Source: a virus. Taken from it: a stretch of 64,000 nt of DNA. The stretch lies in the IMG/VR virus record IMGVR_UViG_3300025732_000017; one strand, given 5' to 3'. The position numbers were made by a program, and so were the translations under genes. The notes beneath the pieces were generated by a model, which did no database searches, was not told where the DNA came from, and was given only the letters and a program-made list of their open reading frames with translations. Below, piece after piece: positions 37,848-47,533 of this stretch. Positions within the stretch are counted from its first letter, which is position 1; every line of letters begins with the position of its first letter.

Positions 37848-39050
37848 ATGCTAGACTTCAAATCATATTTGATAGAATCAGACGGACAAGGCATAGCCTC
37901 AGCAAAACATCAGGAACATCCCGAAGATGATGCTATGAGAAGTCATGAGCATTTCAAACATGCAGTCTCCGCTCTAAGAGCAGTTCATCATGCACTAAAG
38001 ACAGGTAACTCTGGCGATACACACATATCAACAAAACAAGATGGTGCACCAGCAATAGTCTATGGACATCATCCAAAAACTGGTAAATTCTTCGTAGCAA
38101 CAAAGCATTCGGCATATGGTTCAACACCTAGACTTGCGACGACACATGCTGAAGTAGATCAGCACTTTGGTCATTCGCCGGGTCTAGCACAAAAGATGCA
38201 CGCCGCTTTGGAACATCTACCGAAGATTGCTCCAAGAAAAGGAGTATTCCAGGGCGACTTCATGCATGATTCAAGTGAGATGAAGCATGATGATCATGAA
38301 GTTTCATTCAAGCCAAATACTATTAGATATCATCTTGGTAGAAATACACCTGAAGGCAAAAAGGCAGTCAAAGCAAAGATAGGATTTTCTACACATACAA
38401 AGATTGATGGAGATCCTGATAGACCAGAAACATTGCAAGCATCTCCGCTAAGAAGTACGACGGGATTCAGAAGTCATTCAGATGTACATCATATCTCTGC
38501 ACAAACAAGTCTTGGTTCTGGCGGACATGTTACGGAAAAAGAAAGCAAGCAAGTAGAACATCACTTGAAACAAGCAGAGAAGATCAACAAGAATCTTCAT
38601 CCCAATCATCATGATATTGTCAATAAACATGCTGAACATATTTCTACATACATCAATCAAACTGTAAGAACAGGTGAAAGACCAACAACTCAAGGTCTAC
38701 GCAAGCATATTCAAACTCGTATGCAAAAAGAAGTAGACAAGATGAAGACCGAAAAGGGCAAAGCTGCAAAAACAGAAAGAATGAATGCTGCACTTGCACA
38801 TCATGATACACATGAAGAACATTTTGGTAAAGCACTAGAAATTCATCATCATGTTCAACAAGCAAAGAATATTCTTGTCTCAGGATTGAATAGAGCAACA
38901 AAGAATGCAAGTCCAATGAGACAAACGATTGACAATAAAGAGACAGATCCTGAAGGACATGTTGTTCATCATGAAGGTAAGACGATGAAAATGGTCAATC
39001 GTCAAGAATTTTCTAGAGCAAACTTTGCGCCAAAAGATTGGAAGAAGTAA
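37848..39050 (+). CDS. Conserved T4-like protein (DUF6267-like) with ligase-type nucleotidyltransferase motifs
   Basis: MLDFKSYLIE N-terminus; HQEHPED; STKQDGAPA (KxDG); FQGDFM; DPEGHV; KMVNR.EFSRANF. Confidence 0.6.
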   Translation: MLDFKSYLIESDGQGIASAKHQEHPEDDAMRSHEHFKHAVSALRAVHHALKTGNSGDTHISTKQDGAPAIVYGHHPKTGKFFVATKHSAYGSTPRLATTHAEVDQHFGHSPGLAQKMHAALEHLPKIAPRKGVFQGDFMHDSSEMKHDDHEVSFKPNTIRYHLGRNTPEGKKAVKAKIGFSTHTKIDGDPDRPETLQASPLRSTTGFRSHSDVHHISAQTSLGSGGHVTEKESKQVEHHLKQAEKINKNLHPNHHDIVNKHAEHISTYINQTVRTGERPTTQGLRKHIQTRMQKEVDKMKTEKGKAAKTERMNAALAHHDTHEEHFGKALEIHHHVQQAKNILVSGLNRATKNASPMRQTIDNKETDPEGHVVHHEGKTMKMVNRQEFSRANFAPKDWKK

Positions 39051-39067
39051 ACTGGGATAATTATATT

Positions 39068-39661
39068 ATGAAAATTGAATTGACTAATGATACATCTCTT
39101 GTTATTGATGATTTTTTAAATGAAAATGACTACGCAAAAATAGTTCAATTATCGTCCAACTATTCTTTTAGATCAAATCATAAGTCAAGTCCTACGGTTG
39201 ATCCGCATGGTCATTGGGTGTACAATTTATTGATTGATGGCCTACAAAATAATTCTACAAGTATCATTAATGTTTCTGATTATTTCAAAGATAACTTTTA
39301 TAAAAATGTTTGGAATTATATACAAGAAACATATCATCTTCAAGACAAGATTTTAATTAGATGCTATATGAATGCTTATACATACGGTACCGAAGGATAT
39401 GTTCATACTGATTCATCTCGGAGTAATGAATGGACAGCCATATTATATGTTTTAAATGATGATTGGGATATAAATTGGGCAGGAGAAACGGTGTTGTTTT
39501 CAAATAATGAAATCACAAGATCCATTTTACCTAAAAAAAATAGAGCATTTATTTTTCCGTCTAGGATAGCACATGCAGCAAGATCCGTTTCTAGAATATG
39601 TTATCAAACACGAAAAACGTTAATGTTTAAATTTAGAAGCAAATACAAAGAAGAAATGTAA
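39068..39661 (+). CDS. 2OG-Fe(II) oxygenase (prolyl-4-hydroxylase-like)
   Basis: YVHTDS (HxD), WTAILY, WAGET, IFPS..AHAA, RKTLMFK. Confidence 0.8.
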   Translation: MKIELTNDTSLVIDDFLNENDYAKIVQLSSNYSFRSNHKSSPTVDPHGHWVYNLLIDGLQNNSTSIINVSDYFKDNFYKNVWNYIQETYHLQDKILIRCYMNAYTYGTEGYVHTDSSRSNEWTAILYVLNDDWDINWAGETVLFSNNEITRSILPKKNRAFIFPSRIAHAARSVSRICYQTRKTLMFKFRSKYKEEM

Positions 39662-39666
39662 AATAG

Positions 39667-39674
39667 CATAAATA
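39667..39674 (+). promoter_or_regulatory. T4-type late promoter-like site
   Basis: CATAAATA upstream of GGGAG RBS and ATG 39706. Confidence 0.55.
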
Positions 39675-39705
39675 CTCTCGTCACCGCTAATTATGGGAGT
39701 ATACC

Positions 39706-39990
39706 ATGGAAGCAGAATTCTTCAAGCTGGTGGCGGAAGTTGGATTTCCAATTGCATCTTCAATAGCAGGCGGATACTTTGTTTTTCTTACGCTAAAGTT
39801 TATTCTAGCCGGCGTTCAAAGTTCAGTAAAAGGATTGAGTGGGATTATCATGGCACTTGACAATCGCGTCAAGACTATGAATCACGATATCGTTAGAATT
39901 GATACTTTGGTTTCAACAGCACTACATGTCAGACCTGATATCGACAGACTCGCAAGAGCTGACGGTAAAAACGACGCAAGAAAGGACTGA
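39706..39990 (+). CDS. Small membrane protein (YvrJ/holin-like GFPI motif)
   Basis: VGFPIA followed by one TM helix and a coiled coil. Confidence 0.65.
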   Translation: MEAEFFKLVAEVGFPIASSIAGGYFVFLTLKFILAGVQSSVKGLSGIIMALDNRVKTMNHDIVRIDTLVSTALHVRPDIDRLARADGKNDARKD

Positions 39991-39995
39991 CAAAT

Positions 39996-40502
39996 ATGAA
40001 ACACGAACATCATATTATACCTAAACATATGGGTGGAAATGACGACCCTTCTAATTTAGTTTATCTAACTATTGAAGAACATGCTGAAGCACATAAAATA
40101 TTATGGGAAAAACATGGGAAATTAGAAGATAAAGTTGCTTACATGGGATTATTAAAAATGATTGATCGTGAGCAAATTATACATTGTTTAGTTTCCGCCC
40201 CTAAAAGCGAAGAACACAAAAGAAAAATATCTGAGGCACTTAAAGGTAAATCTAAACCTTGGTTAATTGGTTCTAAGAATGCTGCTGGCAAACGAGGACC
40301 CAATACTAAAGAACATAATCAACGTATTGCAGAAGCAAAAAAAGGTAAAAAACGTGCGCCTTTTAGTGATGAATGGAAACAAGCACTAAAAAACGCAAAA
40401 CAAAAACAACCAATACTTCAATGCCCACACTGTCAGTTACAAGGTCGTGGCGCTAATATGACCAGATATCATTTTGATAATTGCAAAGGAATCAAATCAT
40501 GA
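39996..40502 (+). mobile_element. Free-standing HNH homing endonuclease with NUMOD3-like repeats
   Basis: HHIIPKHMGGNDDPSNLVYLTIEEHAEAH; SEEHKRKISEALKGK; C-terminal CPHC..YHFDNC. AT-rich. Confidence 0.88.
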
Positions 40503-40765
40503 CTGATCAAATTATTGCCATGATTAATAAATATGGATTTCCTATCGTTGCTGCTGGCGGTATGGGATATATGATATATTTTGTTTGGAAATGGGCTACA
40601 GCAGAAATCAAACCTGTGTTATCTGAAGCAAACACAGTCCTGATTGCATTGATCGACCGCGTTAGAATGTTGGACAATGATTTGATTAGACTCAATCAAA
40701 AAATCAACATCGTTCTAATGATGAGGGAAACACATGCAAGCAAAGACAAGAAGGATACTGAATAA
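40499..40765 (+). CDS. Small membrane protein, paralog of 39706-39990
   Basis: YGFPIVA, a TM helix, and LI.L.DRVRMLDND.IR matching the paralog's ALDNRVKTMNHDIVR. Confidence 0.65.
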   Translation: MTDQIIAMINKYGFPIVAAGGMGYMIYFVWKWATAEIKPVLSEANTVLIALIDRVRMLDNDLIRLNQKINIVLMMRETHASKDKKDTE

Positions 40766-42635
40766 CCTTCTACTTTTTGTCACATTATTAATAACACCTA
40801 TAGCATTATCTCAAGTTCTACCCAGCGGTTATATTGGAACCGTAACGAATAATACGCCAAATACTTGGCAGACGTATTCGTACTCGTTCATTCCAAATAT
40901 ATCAGGCACAAACTATGTCGGATTTGCGTTTAGGCAAGATCCTGCATATTGGACTTTCGACAATGCAAGTTTGACAGAATCGGGTTCATCCTCAAATCTT
41001 CTAACAAACGGAGGATTCACTACGGGTGGTGCAATCAACATAACAACCAGCAACGGACCAGGAACGATTCAAGCACCTACTAATTGGGGTGTCTGGTATC
41101 AGAATGGTACATATCCTGCTGCGGCAGGCACATGGCAAGACATCGGAGGAACACATGGAGGTGTCTGGTTTGATGGTGCAGTAGGTACGTTTGACGGTAT
41201 CTATCAAGGTATCAGTCTTATTGCTGGAACAACATATACATTGACGTTTGAAATATTTGGCAATCACACAAGCAATGATAGTTCAGTACAACTTGGTGTT
41301 TACGCAGGTCCATGCGCAGACACATCTATCGCTGTCTCCTCATGTACAATACCAAGCAGTGCTGGATTCACAACTCTTGCGACACCTGCAGAAGGTGCAG
41401 CAGCTGGTAATCCAACGCCAACAGTAGTAAGTACTACGGCAGGACCAGACATCGTAGATTCTTCTTCCAATAGAGGAGCCACGACATCAACCACTACAAG
41501 CACAAGAGGCACAACAAGCGCAGTTGCAACAACAACACTAACACCAACAAGACAAGAACAAATACTATCAGTAAACAGAAATATCACTACAGTTGCAACA
41601 ACACCAATCACAACAGTTGTCAGATACACAACACCAATTACTACTACAACAATCACAACTCCAACTACAATTCAAACATGGAGTGATGGCACAACAACCA
41701 CAGTAAATGGAACACCAGTAACAACAACATCAATTATCAATGAAATTGTCACAGCAACAACAACGACCGATGAAGTAATTACAACAGCAGATAATCGTGC
41801 ATTCACGACTCGTATTGATCAACTTGCAAAACTTGACAAGATCAGCACTCTACAAAATGAAAACTCATTGGCTGATCCTCTATCAAGAAACAAGGCTGCA
41901 AATGACAAGATTACAAATAGAAGTGATCCTACAAAACAGTCTCAAGTATATGTAACTGGTTATTCTCTTCGCTCTGGTACCAAGGACACATACAAATATA
42001 CGACAAATGTCTTTGGTATTGGATATGAAGAGAAGTATAATGACTCTCTATTGTTGGGTGGTCAATTGAACATTGGCACAACCGATCTTAGAGGCGACGA
42101 TTCTGGTGGCGAACTAAGAAAGTATTCAATAGACTTCTTCGCGCTAAAGTCTTATGAAGATTGGCTATTGAAGACAAATCTAGGCACAGCATACAATGAG
42201 TTTGAAACACATCATTTCATGCGTGGTTTGAATTTGTCAAATACAGCAGAAACATCTGGTCATGATGCTTGGTTTGTCAACAGAGTCTATACGCCAGATG
42301 CATATGGTTTTAGACCATTTGCTGGTATTAAATTTGAATACGACTATAGAAAGAACATCTTTGAAAGCGGCTCACCAGTAACTGCAGTCAATCATGCTGC
42401 CAGAAAAGACTTCACGACTTCTGGGCATGGTGGTCTACGATTTGAACAAGAACTTGTGGACGATCTAACCGCAGTTGTTGAAGGTGTATTGGAAACATCA
42501 AAGACCAAGACAATCTTTGGTGGATTCAATTACTCATTTGATCCTAGTGCATCAATAATGCTAAAGTATGCAGTACAAGAGAAAGAAAATGTGGTAAATA
42601 ACATTATTGGTGCTCAAATAAGGATTGTATTCTAA
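40734..42635 (+). CDS. Autotransporter-like outer membrane protein with Thr-rich stalk
   Basis: Signal-peptide-like N-terminus, beta-sandwich-like domain (NLLTNGGF), Thr-rich linker, alternating amphipathic strands and a terminal Phe (GAQIRIVF). Confidence 0.7.
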   Translation: MQAKTRRILNNLLLFVTLLITPIALSQVLPSGYIGTVTNNTPNTWQTYSYSFIPNISGTNYVGFAFRQDPAYWTFDNASLTESGSSSNLLTNGGFTTGGAINITTSNGPGTIQAPTNWGVWYQNGTYPAAAGTWQDIGGTHGGVWFDGAVGTFDGIYQGISLIAGTTYTLTFEIFGNHTSNDSSVQLGVYAGPCADTSIAVSSCTIPSSAGFTTLATPAEGAAAGNPTPTVVSTTAGPDIVDSSSNRGATTSTTTSTRGTTSAVATTTLTPTRQEQILSVNRNITTVATTPITTVVRYTTPITTTTITTPTTIQTWSDGTTTTVNGTPVTTTSIINEIVTATTTTDEVITTADNRAFTTRIDQLAKLDKISTLQNENSLADPLSRNKAANDKITNRSDPTKQSQVYVTGYSLRSGTKDTYKYTTNVFGIGYEEKYNDSLLLGGQLNIGTTDLRGDDSGGELRKYSIDFFALKSYEDWLLKTNLGTAYNEFETHHFMRGLNLSNTAETSGHDAWFVNRVYTPDAYGFRPFAGIKFEYDYRKNIFESGSPVTAVNHAARKDFTTSGHGGLRFEQELVDDLTAVVEGVLETSKTKTIFGGFNYSFDPSASIMLKYAVQEKENVVNNIIGAQIRIVF

Positions 42636-42958
42636 TGAAAAACATTATAATATGTGCAATGGCTCTGGCGCTTTTCGGCGCCAGAGCATATGCTCAGGAA
42701 GAATTGACATGGCGTCAAAAGCCAGTATTGTGTGGTGAAACAAAGACAGTATTGGAACAATTGAAAAATGAAAATTATACGATTATAGGGAAATCAACAA
42801 TTGTTCTCGACAAGACTGAAAGAACTATGGGATATGTTTGGCTGCTTCTAAAAGATGATGAACTACTAATCATTGAAAATTTCAGAGGTGTTAGTTGCTT
42901 GATCAGCGTTTCAAAAGACTACATCGAAATAAATCTAAAGAAAGAAAATGACCTATAA
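42635..42958 (+). CDS. Secreted hypothetical protein
   Basis: Signal peptide ending AYA-Q; KPVLCG...C.IS motif. Confidence 0.6.
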   Translation: MKNIIICAMALALFGARAYAQEELTWRQKPVLCGETKTVLEQLKNENYTIIGKSTIVLDKTERTMGYVWLLLKDDELLIIENFRGVSCLISVSKDYIEINLKKENDL

Positions 42959-43061
42959 GACATCCGACATGGCTGTCGCACTATGGGGTGGAATATTCAT
43001 AGGATTCATATTTGGAATAATTGTTGGCGTTGCCTTTCAATTATTCAAATGTTCATTTTGA
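42948..43061 (+). CDS. Small single-TM peptide (not in the ORF track)
   Basis: MTYKTSDMAVALWGGIFIGFIFGIIVGVAFQLFKCSF, 37 aa, overlapping the upstream stop. Confidence 0.35.
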   Translation: MTYKTSDMAVALWGGIFIGFIFGIIVGVAFQLFKCSF

Positions 43062-45104
43062 AGTAGCCCTATAGACACCATCCCAATCTGCTGGTGGTGG
43101 ATTTCTTAGATACTCTTCACATCTTTCCTTCATCATTTCATAGTATGCTTTCATCTGACCATTGAATGCTCTGTCTAATTTCTCGCACATGCTTATTGCA
43201 CTTCCGAATTTTTGTGAGCGATAGTCATCAAGCATGATATTATGCATTTCTCTAAATGGTGCATAATTCAAGAATTCCATTTCTCTATTTGTTCCTATCA
43301 CGGTATAGATATTTACACCTTGCTTCTTACCCTTGACTGCAATTGTATCAAGTTCAATGATGAAGTATTCATCGGCAACATATTCTGCTGTCTTTGATCC
43401 GATTACGAGTTTTACTCCGTACGGTTTGGATTGTCCCTCAAGACGACTAGCAAGGTTGACAGCATCACCGAGGCAAGTATAATCGAAACGTTGATCGCTG
43501 CCCATGTTTCCAACAACAACCATACCAGTATTGATACCAAGACCCATGCCGAAAGGAGGAACACCTTCAGCTCCGATTTTTCTGTTGAACTCATCTAGAT
43601 CTCCTAACATGCTTAGAGCGGTTTTTACTGCATTCTTGGCGTGCTGCTTGTCGTCAAGTGGTGCATTCCAGAACGCCATCTGTGCATCACCAATATACTT
43701 GTCCAATGTGCCTTCATTCTCAAGGATCTTTGCTGTCATCGCAGTCATGTAGCGATTCATGATTTGTGTCAGACCCTGAACGTTTTCTCCATAGTGTTCA
43801 CTAATAGAAGTAAATCCACGAACATCGGTAAACATGATTGATAGTTCTCTGGTATCGCCACCGAGTTTCAATAGTTCTGGATTCTTCTGCAGTTTCTCAA
43901 CAAGTGCCTTTGAAAGATAAGATTGAAACTGTTTCTTGATTTGTTGCTTTAGTCTGAACTCTCTTGCAAAGTTGTTGAAGACTAGCCATGAGAATACTAA
44001 AGTAATTGCAAATAAAGGAAATGAATAATCAAACATAATATTCATTTCGTACATATAGAAGCAGGAACCGACGATTCCTACTGCCGAAACCACATAAAAA
44101 GGTATGGTTTGCCAAATCTTTAGTCTTGGAACAAGAAGAATGAATAGTAATCCAATGAGAGTCAATGTGAATAATTCAATACCATCAGCATAATCCAATC
44201 GCGTCAAACTATCGCCATTTACCAACGTAGAAATCATGGCTGCCTGCACTTCAGCTACGTTCTTTAGACCATAAGGCGTTGGAACGTTTGTGGCTAGTCC
44301 CTCGGCAGATAGAGTCAATATTACGACACGGTTCTCTATGTCGTTTAGATGATACATATGACGATAATCGAATTCCTTGTTGTACTTTATCCAGACGCGA
44401 CCATTTGAGTCCGTTTGGATAGTTTCAAATTGTGGAATGCGAACTGACTCAATGCCATTCAATCCAACTTTCATTTGGTAACTAGGATCACCAGTCAATG
44501 CACGAATGACTTCCAGAGACAACGTTGGATAAAGTTCCTTGTCTATTTGCACGACCATTGGCATACGACGTACGACGCCATCTATCTCTCCAGATGCAGC
44601 AAGAACACCGACACCAGCTGCCTTATCTTCAAACACTTTCAATGGGCGAACGATACCTAAAAATCTTTGTATCCACCCTTCGGGGTTTTGACCAATTATT
44701 GCGATTCCTCTTGGTGAACCTTCTGCTTTGCTGGCCTTGTTTGATGGTGCCTGTGATATGACAACACCATCGAGCGCATTTGCAAGATCTTGATCTTTTC
44801 CAAAACGATCTGGCTCCGAAAATATTATTGGCATGACTATCATCGCAGGATTCATCGTCTTTATCATTTCAAGTAGTTTTGCAACTTTATCACGAGGCCA
44901 TGGCCACTGACCTTGATTTTCAATATCGTCGTCAGTTATTTCAATAATTGAGATTTGTTCGCTGGATGTTCTTTCTCTTGATACTTGATAGTAGTCAAAT
45001 GTTTTTAGTCGTGCTGTCTCAATCAACCAACCATCTTGGAATCTCAACGCAATCAAACCTATCAAAACAACAACAACAATTTTCCAAGATGTAAAGAAGT
45101 TCAT
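43053..45104 (-). CDS. CHASE2-domain class III adenylate cyclase
   Basis: CHASE2 GQWPWPR and DGVVRRMP; 3 TM helices; cyclase FTDVRGFT, DKYIGDA, GNMGS..RFDYT.LGDAVNLASRLEG. Confidence 0.93.
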   Translation of the reverse strand: MNFFTSWKIVVVVLIGLIALRFQDGWLIETARLKTFDYYQVSRERTSSEQISIIEITDDDIENQGQWPWPRDKVAKLLEMIKTMNPAMIVMPIIFSEPDRFGKDQDLANALDGVVISQAPSNKASKAEGSPRGIAIIGQNPEGWIQRFLGIVRPLKVFEDKAAGVGVLAASGEIDGVVRRMPMVVQIDKELYPTLSLEVIRALTGDPSYQMKVGLNGIESVRIPQFETIQTDSNGRVWIKYNKEFDYRHMYHLNDIENRVVILTLSAEGLATNVPTPYGLKNVAEVQAAMISTLVNGDSLTRLDYADGIELFTLTLIGLLFILLVPRLKIWQTIPFYVVSAVGIVGSCFYMYEMNIMFDYSFPLFAITLVFSWLVFNNFAREFRLKQQIKKQFQSYLSKALVEKLQKNPELLKLGGDTRELSIMFTDVRGFTSISEHYGENVQGLTQIMNRYMTAMTAKILENEGTLDKYIGDAQMAFWNAPLDDKQHAKNAVKTALSMLGDLDEFNRKIGAEGVPPFGMGLGINTGMVVVGNMGSDQRFDYTCLGDAVNLASRLEGQSKPYGVKLVIGSKTAEYVADEYFIIELDTIAVKGKKQGVNIYTVIGTNREMEFLNYAPFREMHNIMLDDYRSQKFGSAISMCEKLDRAFNGQMKAYYEMMKERCEEYLRNPPPADWDGVYRATSK

Positions 45105-46132
45105 TTTTGTATTATCCTTATCTTATTGACATACGGAGACTCGGCATCGTTTATGCTAAACGTCACCGTTCTATCGCCTTGAGTTATTGACATGTCGTAG
45201 TTTTTGTCTTTTTCTATGTCCATTTGGACAGCACTTTCAACATTACGAAGTAGCCTGACTTTTGTGGCAGTGAATATAGTATATATTTGAGTAGATTGAT
45301 TGAGTCCTGCAATCTTTCCGACCGAAGACGCATCATATTCGCTCAACACATTTTGCAATAAATCCATATCAAGAAGATTGACATCAAGATCGTTGAACTT
45401 GAGATTGTCTTTGTCTAGATCTGTCGTATCAAGTTCTCTGAATTCCAGAAGATCTATTCTCAATGGATCATTTTTGTCGTGAGTGTCTTCGTCCTTTGAC
45501 TTCTCTGGCTTTGACACAATCAAAAGATTATTGATTTGACTCTCAAGTAGATTCAATATCGTTGGCTGTGCTGGTTTTCCCTCACTTGACGCGACATATG
45601 TGGATTGAAATGCCTTGTTCAATATCACTTGTCCAGCATCGGATTCAACTCGTATCTCACCGACTGTGCCATCGCGATTGGGTAATAGAATTATAAGACT
45701 TTGACCTATTTCGTCAACCGTCATGCTAAATGATGTGCCGCGAACACCAACTGTTGCAACTGGTGTTTGGATGTTTATGTTTTCATTATTGTTCTTTGCG
45801 ATTGCACCAGATGCATACCTGACCGTGCCAAGTGCAATCTTCATGGACATCTTGCCAGCACCACGATTGGGATCATAGACATATTCGTCTATGACAAGTT
45901 TGCTATTCTCGGTGATGGCTACTTGTGTTTCATCCTTGAATTTTATATTTGCTCTTGCGCGAGCTGTGCGAATCGTGTCCAATGATTCAACTTTACCACC
46001 TAAAGAAGCATCAACTGACGAGCCAGCTTTTTTGTCTATTTGTGCTGGACCCGTCAGTTGAATAAATTCACCAATAGAATTGGCTTTAGCCTCAGTCAGA
46101 CTGAGTAATAGTAGCAGTAAGATTATTACCAT
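45101..46132 (-). CDS. FecR-domain periplasmic protein
   Basis: Signal peptide; D.IRT......I.FKDET.V.I.ENSKL.ID.Y; I.TP.AT.GVRGT.F. Confidence 0.85.
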   Translation of the reverse strand: MVIILLLLLLSLTEAKANSIGEFIQLTGPAQIDKKAGSSVDASLGGKVESLDTIRTARARANIKFKDETQVAITENSKLVIDEYVYDPNRGAGKMSMKIALGTVRYASGAIAKNNNENINIQTPVATVGVRGTSFSMTVDEIGQSLIILLPNRDGTVGEIRVESDAGQVILNKAFQSTYVASSEGKPAQPTILNLLESQINNLLIVSKPEKSKDEDTHDKNDPLRIDLLEFRELDTTDLDKDNLKFNDLDVNLLDMDLLQNVLSEYDASSVGKIAGLNQSTQIYTIFTATKVRLLRNVESAVQMDIEKDKNYDMSITQGDRTVTFSINDAESPYVNKIRIIQK

Positions 46133-46760
46133 TTGTCGTCACATTCATGACCTTTTGTATGCTACCAGATTGAGAATATGTAAAGGTTCCGCTATTACCT
46201 GTGTGCGTGATCGTTGCTGTATGAGGTAATGTAGGAGCACCCGATTGACTAAAGTTTGTTACATTCAGATCGCCCGTAATATTCATTGTTAGCGATCCCG
46301 CCGTTGAATTCATTAGTATTGTAGTTTGATTATTGTCGCCAGTAACAGTTGCATCAAGTATCACGCTACTCTTCTTGATCGTGATATCTGTTGTATTGTT
46401 ATCTCCGATGTTGTAGAATTTCGCATCTACTGATGCACACGCATCAGTATTTCCAGCATTACACTTGAACTCCATCGTGTTCGTGCTGCCCTCTTGTTTT
46501 AGATCAACAAGATTTCCGTTACCATTCAATTCAAAATTCAATGTGTTTATCGCGCCGTTTTGCATTATGGTTATATCGTTATTGTCGCCTGTAATCAAAG
46601 CAGGCGTCGTTGACGAATTGATTTGATTCAATGCACCATTTTGTTGGGTGATTGTCAATGTCAATGCGTCTCCTGTTTGATCAATATAGATTTTACTATC
46701 CGTCGCGTTTGCTACATTGAATAACAAAACCATGAACAATGCTGCCCATAGTTTTCTCAT
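46092..46760 (-). CDS. Curlin-like repeat protein (CsgA/CsgB-like)
   Basis: Signal peptide; repeated x-I-x-Q-x-G-x-x-N units (IYIDQTGD, ITGDNNDITIMQNG, LKQEGSTN, VTGDNN, ITGDLN). Confidence 0.7.
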   Translation of the reverse strand: MRKLWAALFMVLLFNVANATDSKIYIDQTGDALTLTITQQNGALNQINSSTTPALITGDNNDITIMQNGAINTLNFELNGNGNLVDLKQEGSTNTMEFKCNAGNTDACASVDAKFYNIGDNNTTDITIKKSSVILDATVTGDNNQTTILMNSTAGSLTMNITGDLNVTNFSQSGAPTLPHTATITHTGNSGTFTYSQSGSIQKVMNVTTNGNNLTATITQSD

Positions 46761-47533
46761 TTGTTTCCTTCCTTTCTTTTCCAAAATCCTTTTCTTTCGC
46801 CTTCCATGATTGTTTCTATTACACTCTGCTCTATCGCAGCCTTGACAGCGTAGTTTGTTGGTTCATTTACTGCAAGACCTGTTTCTATTTCAAGTGCCTT
46901 TGTTCCCATGTCAACGAACTTCAACACATCAACTGATGTCTTGATGCTCAATATTGTTTTTTGTACTGCAACGGATGTTAGAACTTCGCCCGTTTGAACC
47001 GACACAAGACGAAGAAATACCGTGACAATATCCTGTCTATATTGTGTTGATACACCAATACCAAGGTATCTTGCACCAACACCACCCGATGATATGTTTG
47101 TATCATAACTTATGACGCCACCCTCGGCAATCAATCCAGCAAATAGTAGTGGGCGTAATTCTTTTGCTCTTTCTCCTTCAAATGCTTCGCGAGCAGTACG
47201 AATCAATTGTCTTTCCTTGATTAGATTATCAAGACCTACACGTTCAACAACACGAAACCATTTACCTTTTCCGACATCTTGCATGGCTTTGATCAACCAT
47301 GCTTCTGCGCCTTGTGTTATTGCTGTGCTTAGATGTGCAACATTTTCACTTGGTTTTCTTTGTCCGGTCTTGTCAAGATACGAGTAGACGGCCACGATCA
47401 ATGGCTGTCCATCAATTTCTTCTATCATTTCAAACATGCTTTGAGCCTTTGATGGCATCAATTCTGGCTCAGTCACTTCCATGGGTGCAACGCATCCAGC
47501 AAGCAACAAGAGCATTAGTAATGCTTTGTACAT
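46757..47533 (-). CDS. csgG: Curli secretion pore lipoprotein CsgG
   Basis: Lipobox LLAGC; VAVY...DKTGQRKP; F.VVERVGL.NL.KERQ.IR; GG...YD.N..SGG.GARYLGIG; VTV.LRLVSV.TGE. Confidence 0.92.
   Translation of the reverse strand: MYKALLMLLLLAGCVAPMEVTEPELMPSKAQSMFEMIEEIDGQPLIVAVYSYLDKTGQRKPSENVAHLSTAITQGAEAWLIKAMQDVGKGKWFRVVERVGLDNLIKERQLIRTAREAFEGERAKELRPLLFAGLIAEGGVISYDTNISSGGVGARYLGIGVSTQYRQDIVTVFLRLVSVQTGEVLTSVAVQKTILSIKTSVDVLKFVDMGTKALEIETGLAVNEPTNYAVKAAIEQSVIETIMEGERKGFWKRKEGNK

Noticed and set aside
41400-41800. ACA-rich tract as a DNA repeat or contingency locus
   Set aside because: Imperfect and explained by Thr codons in the stalk.
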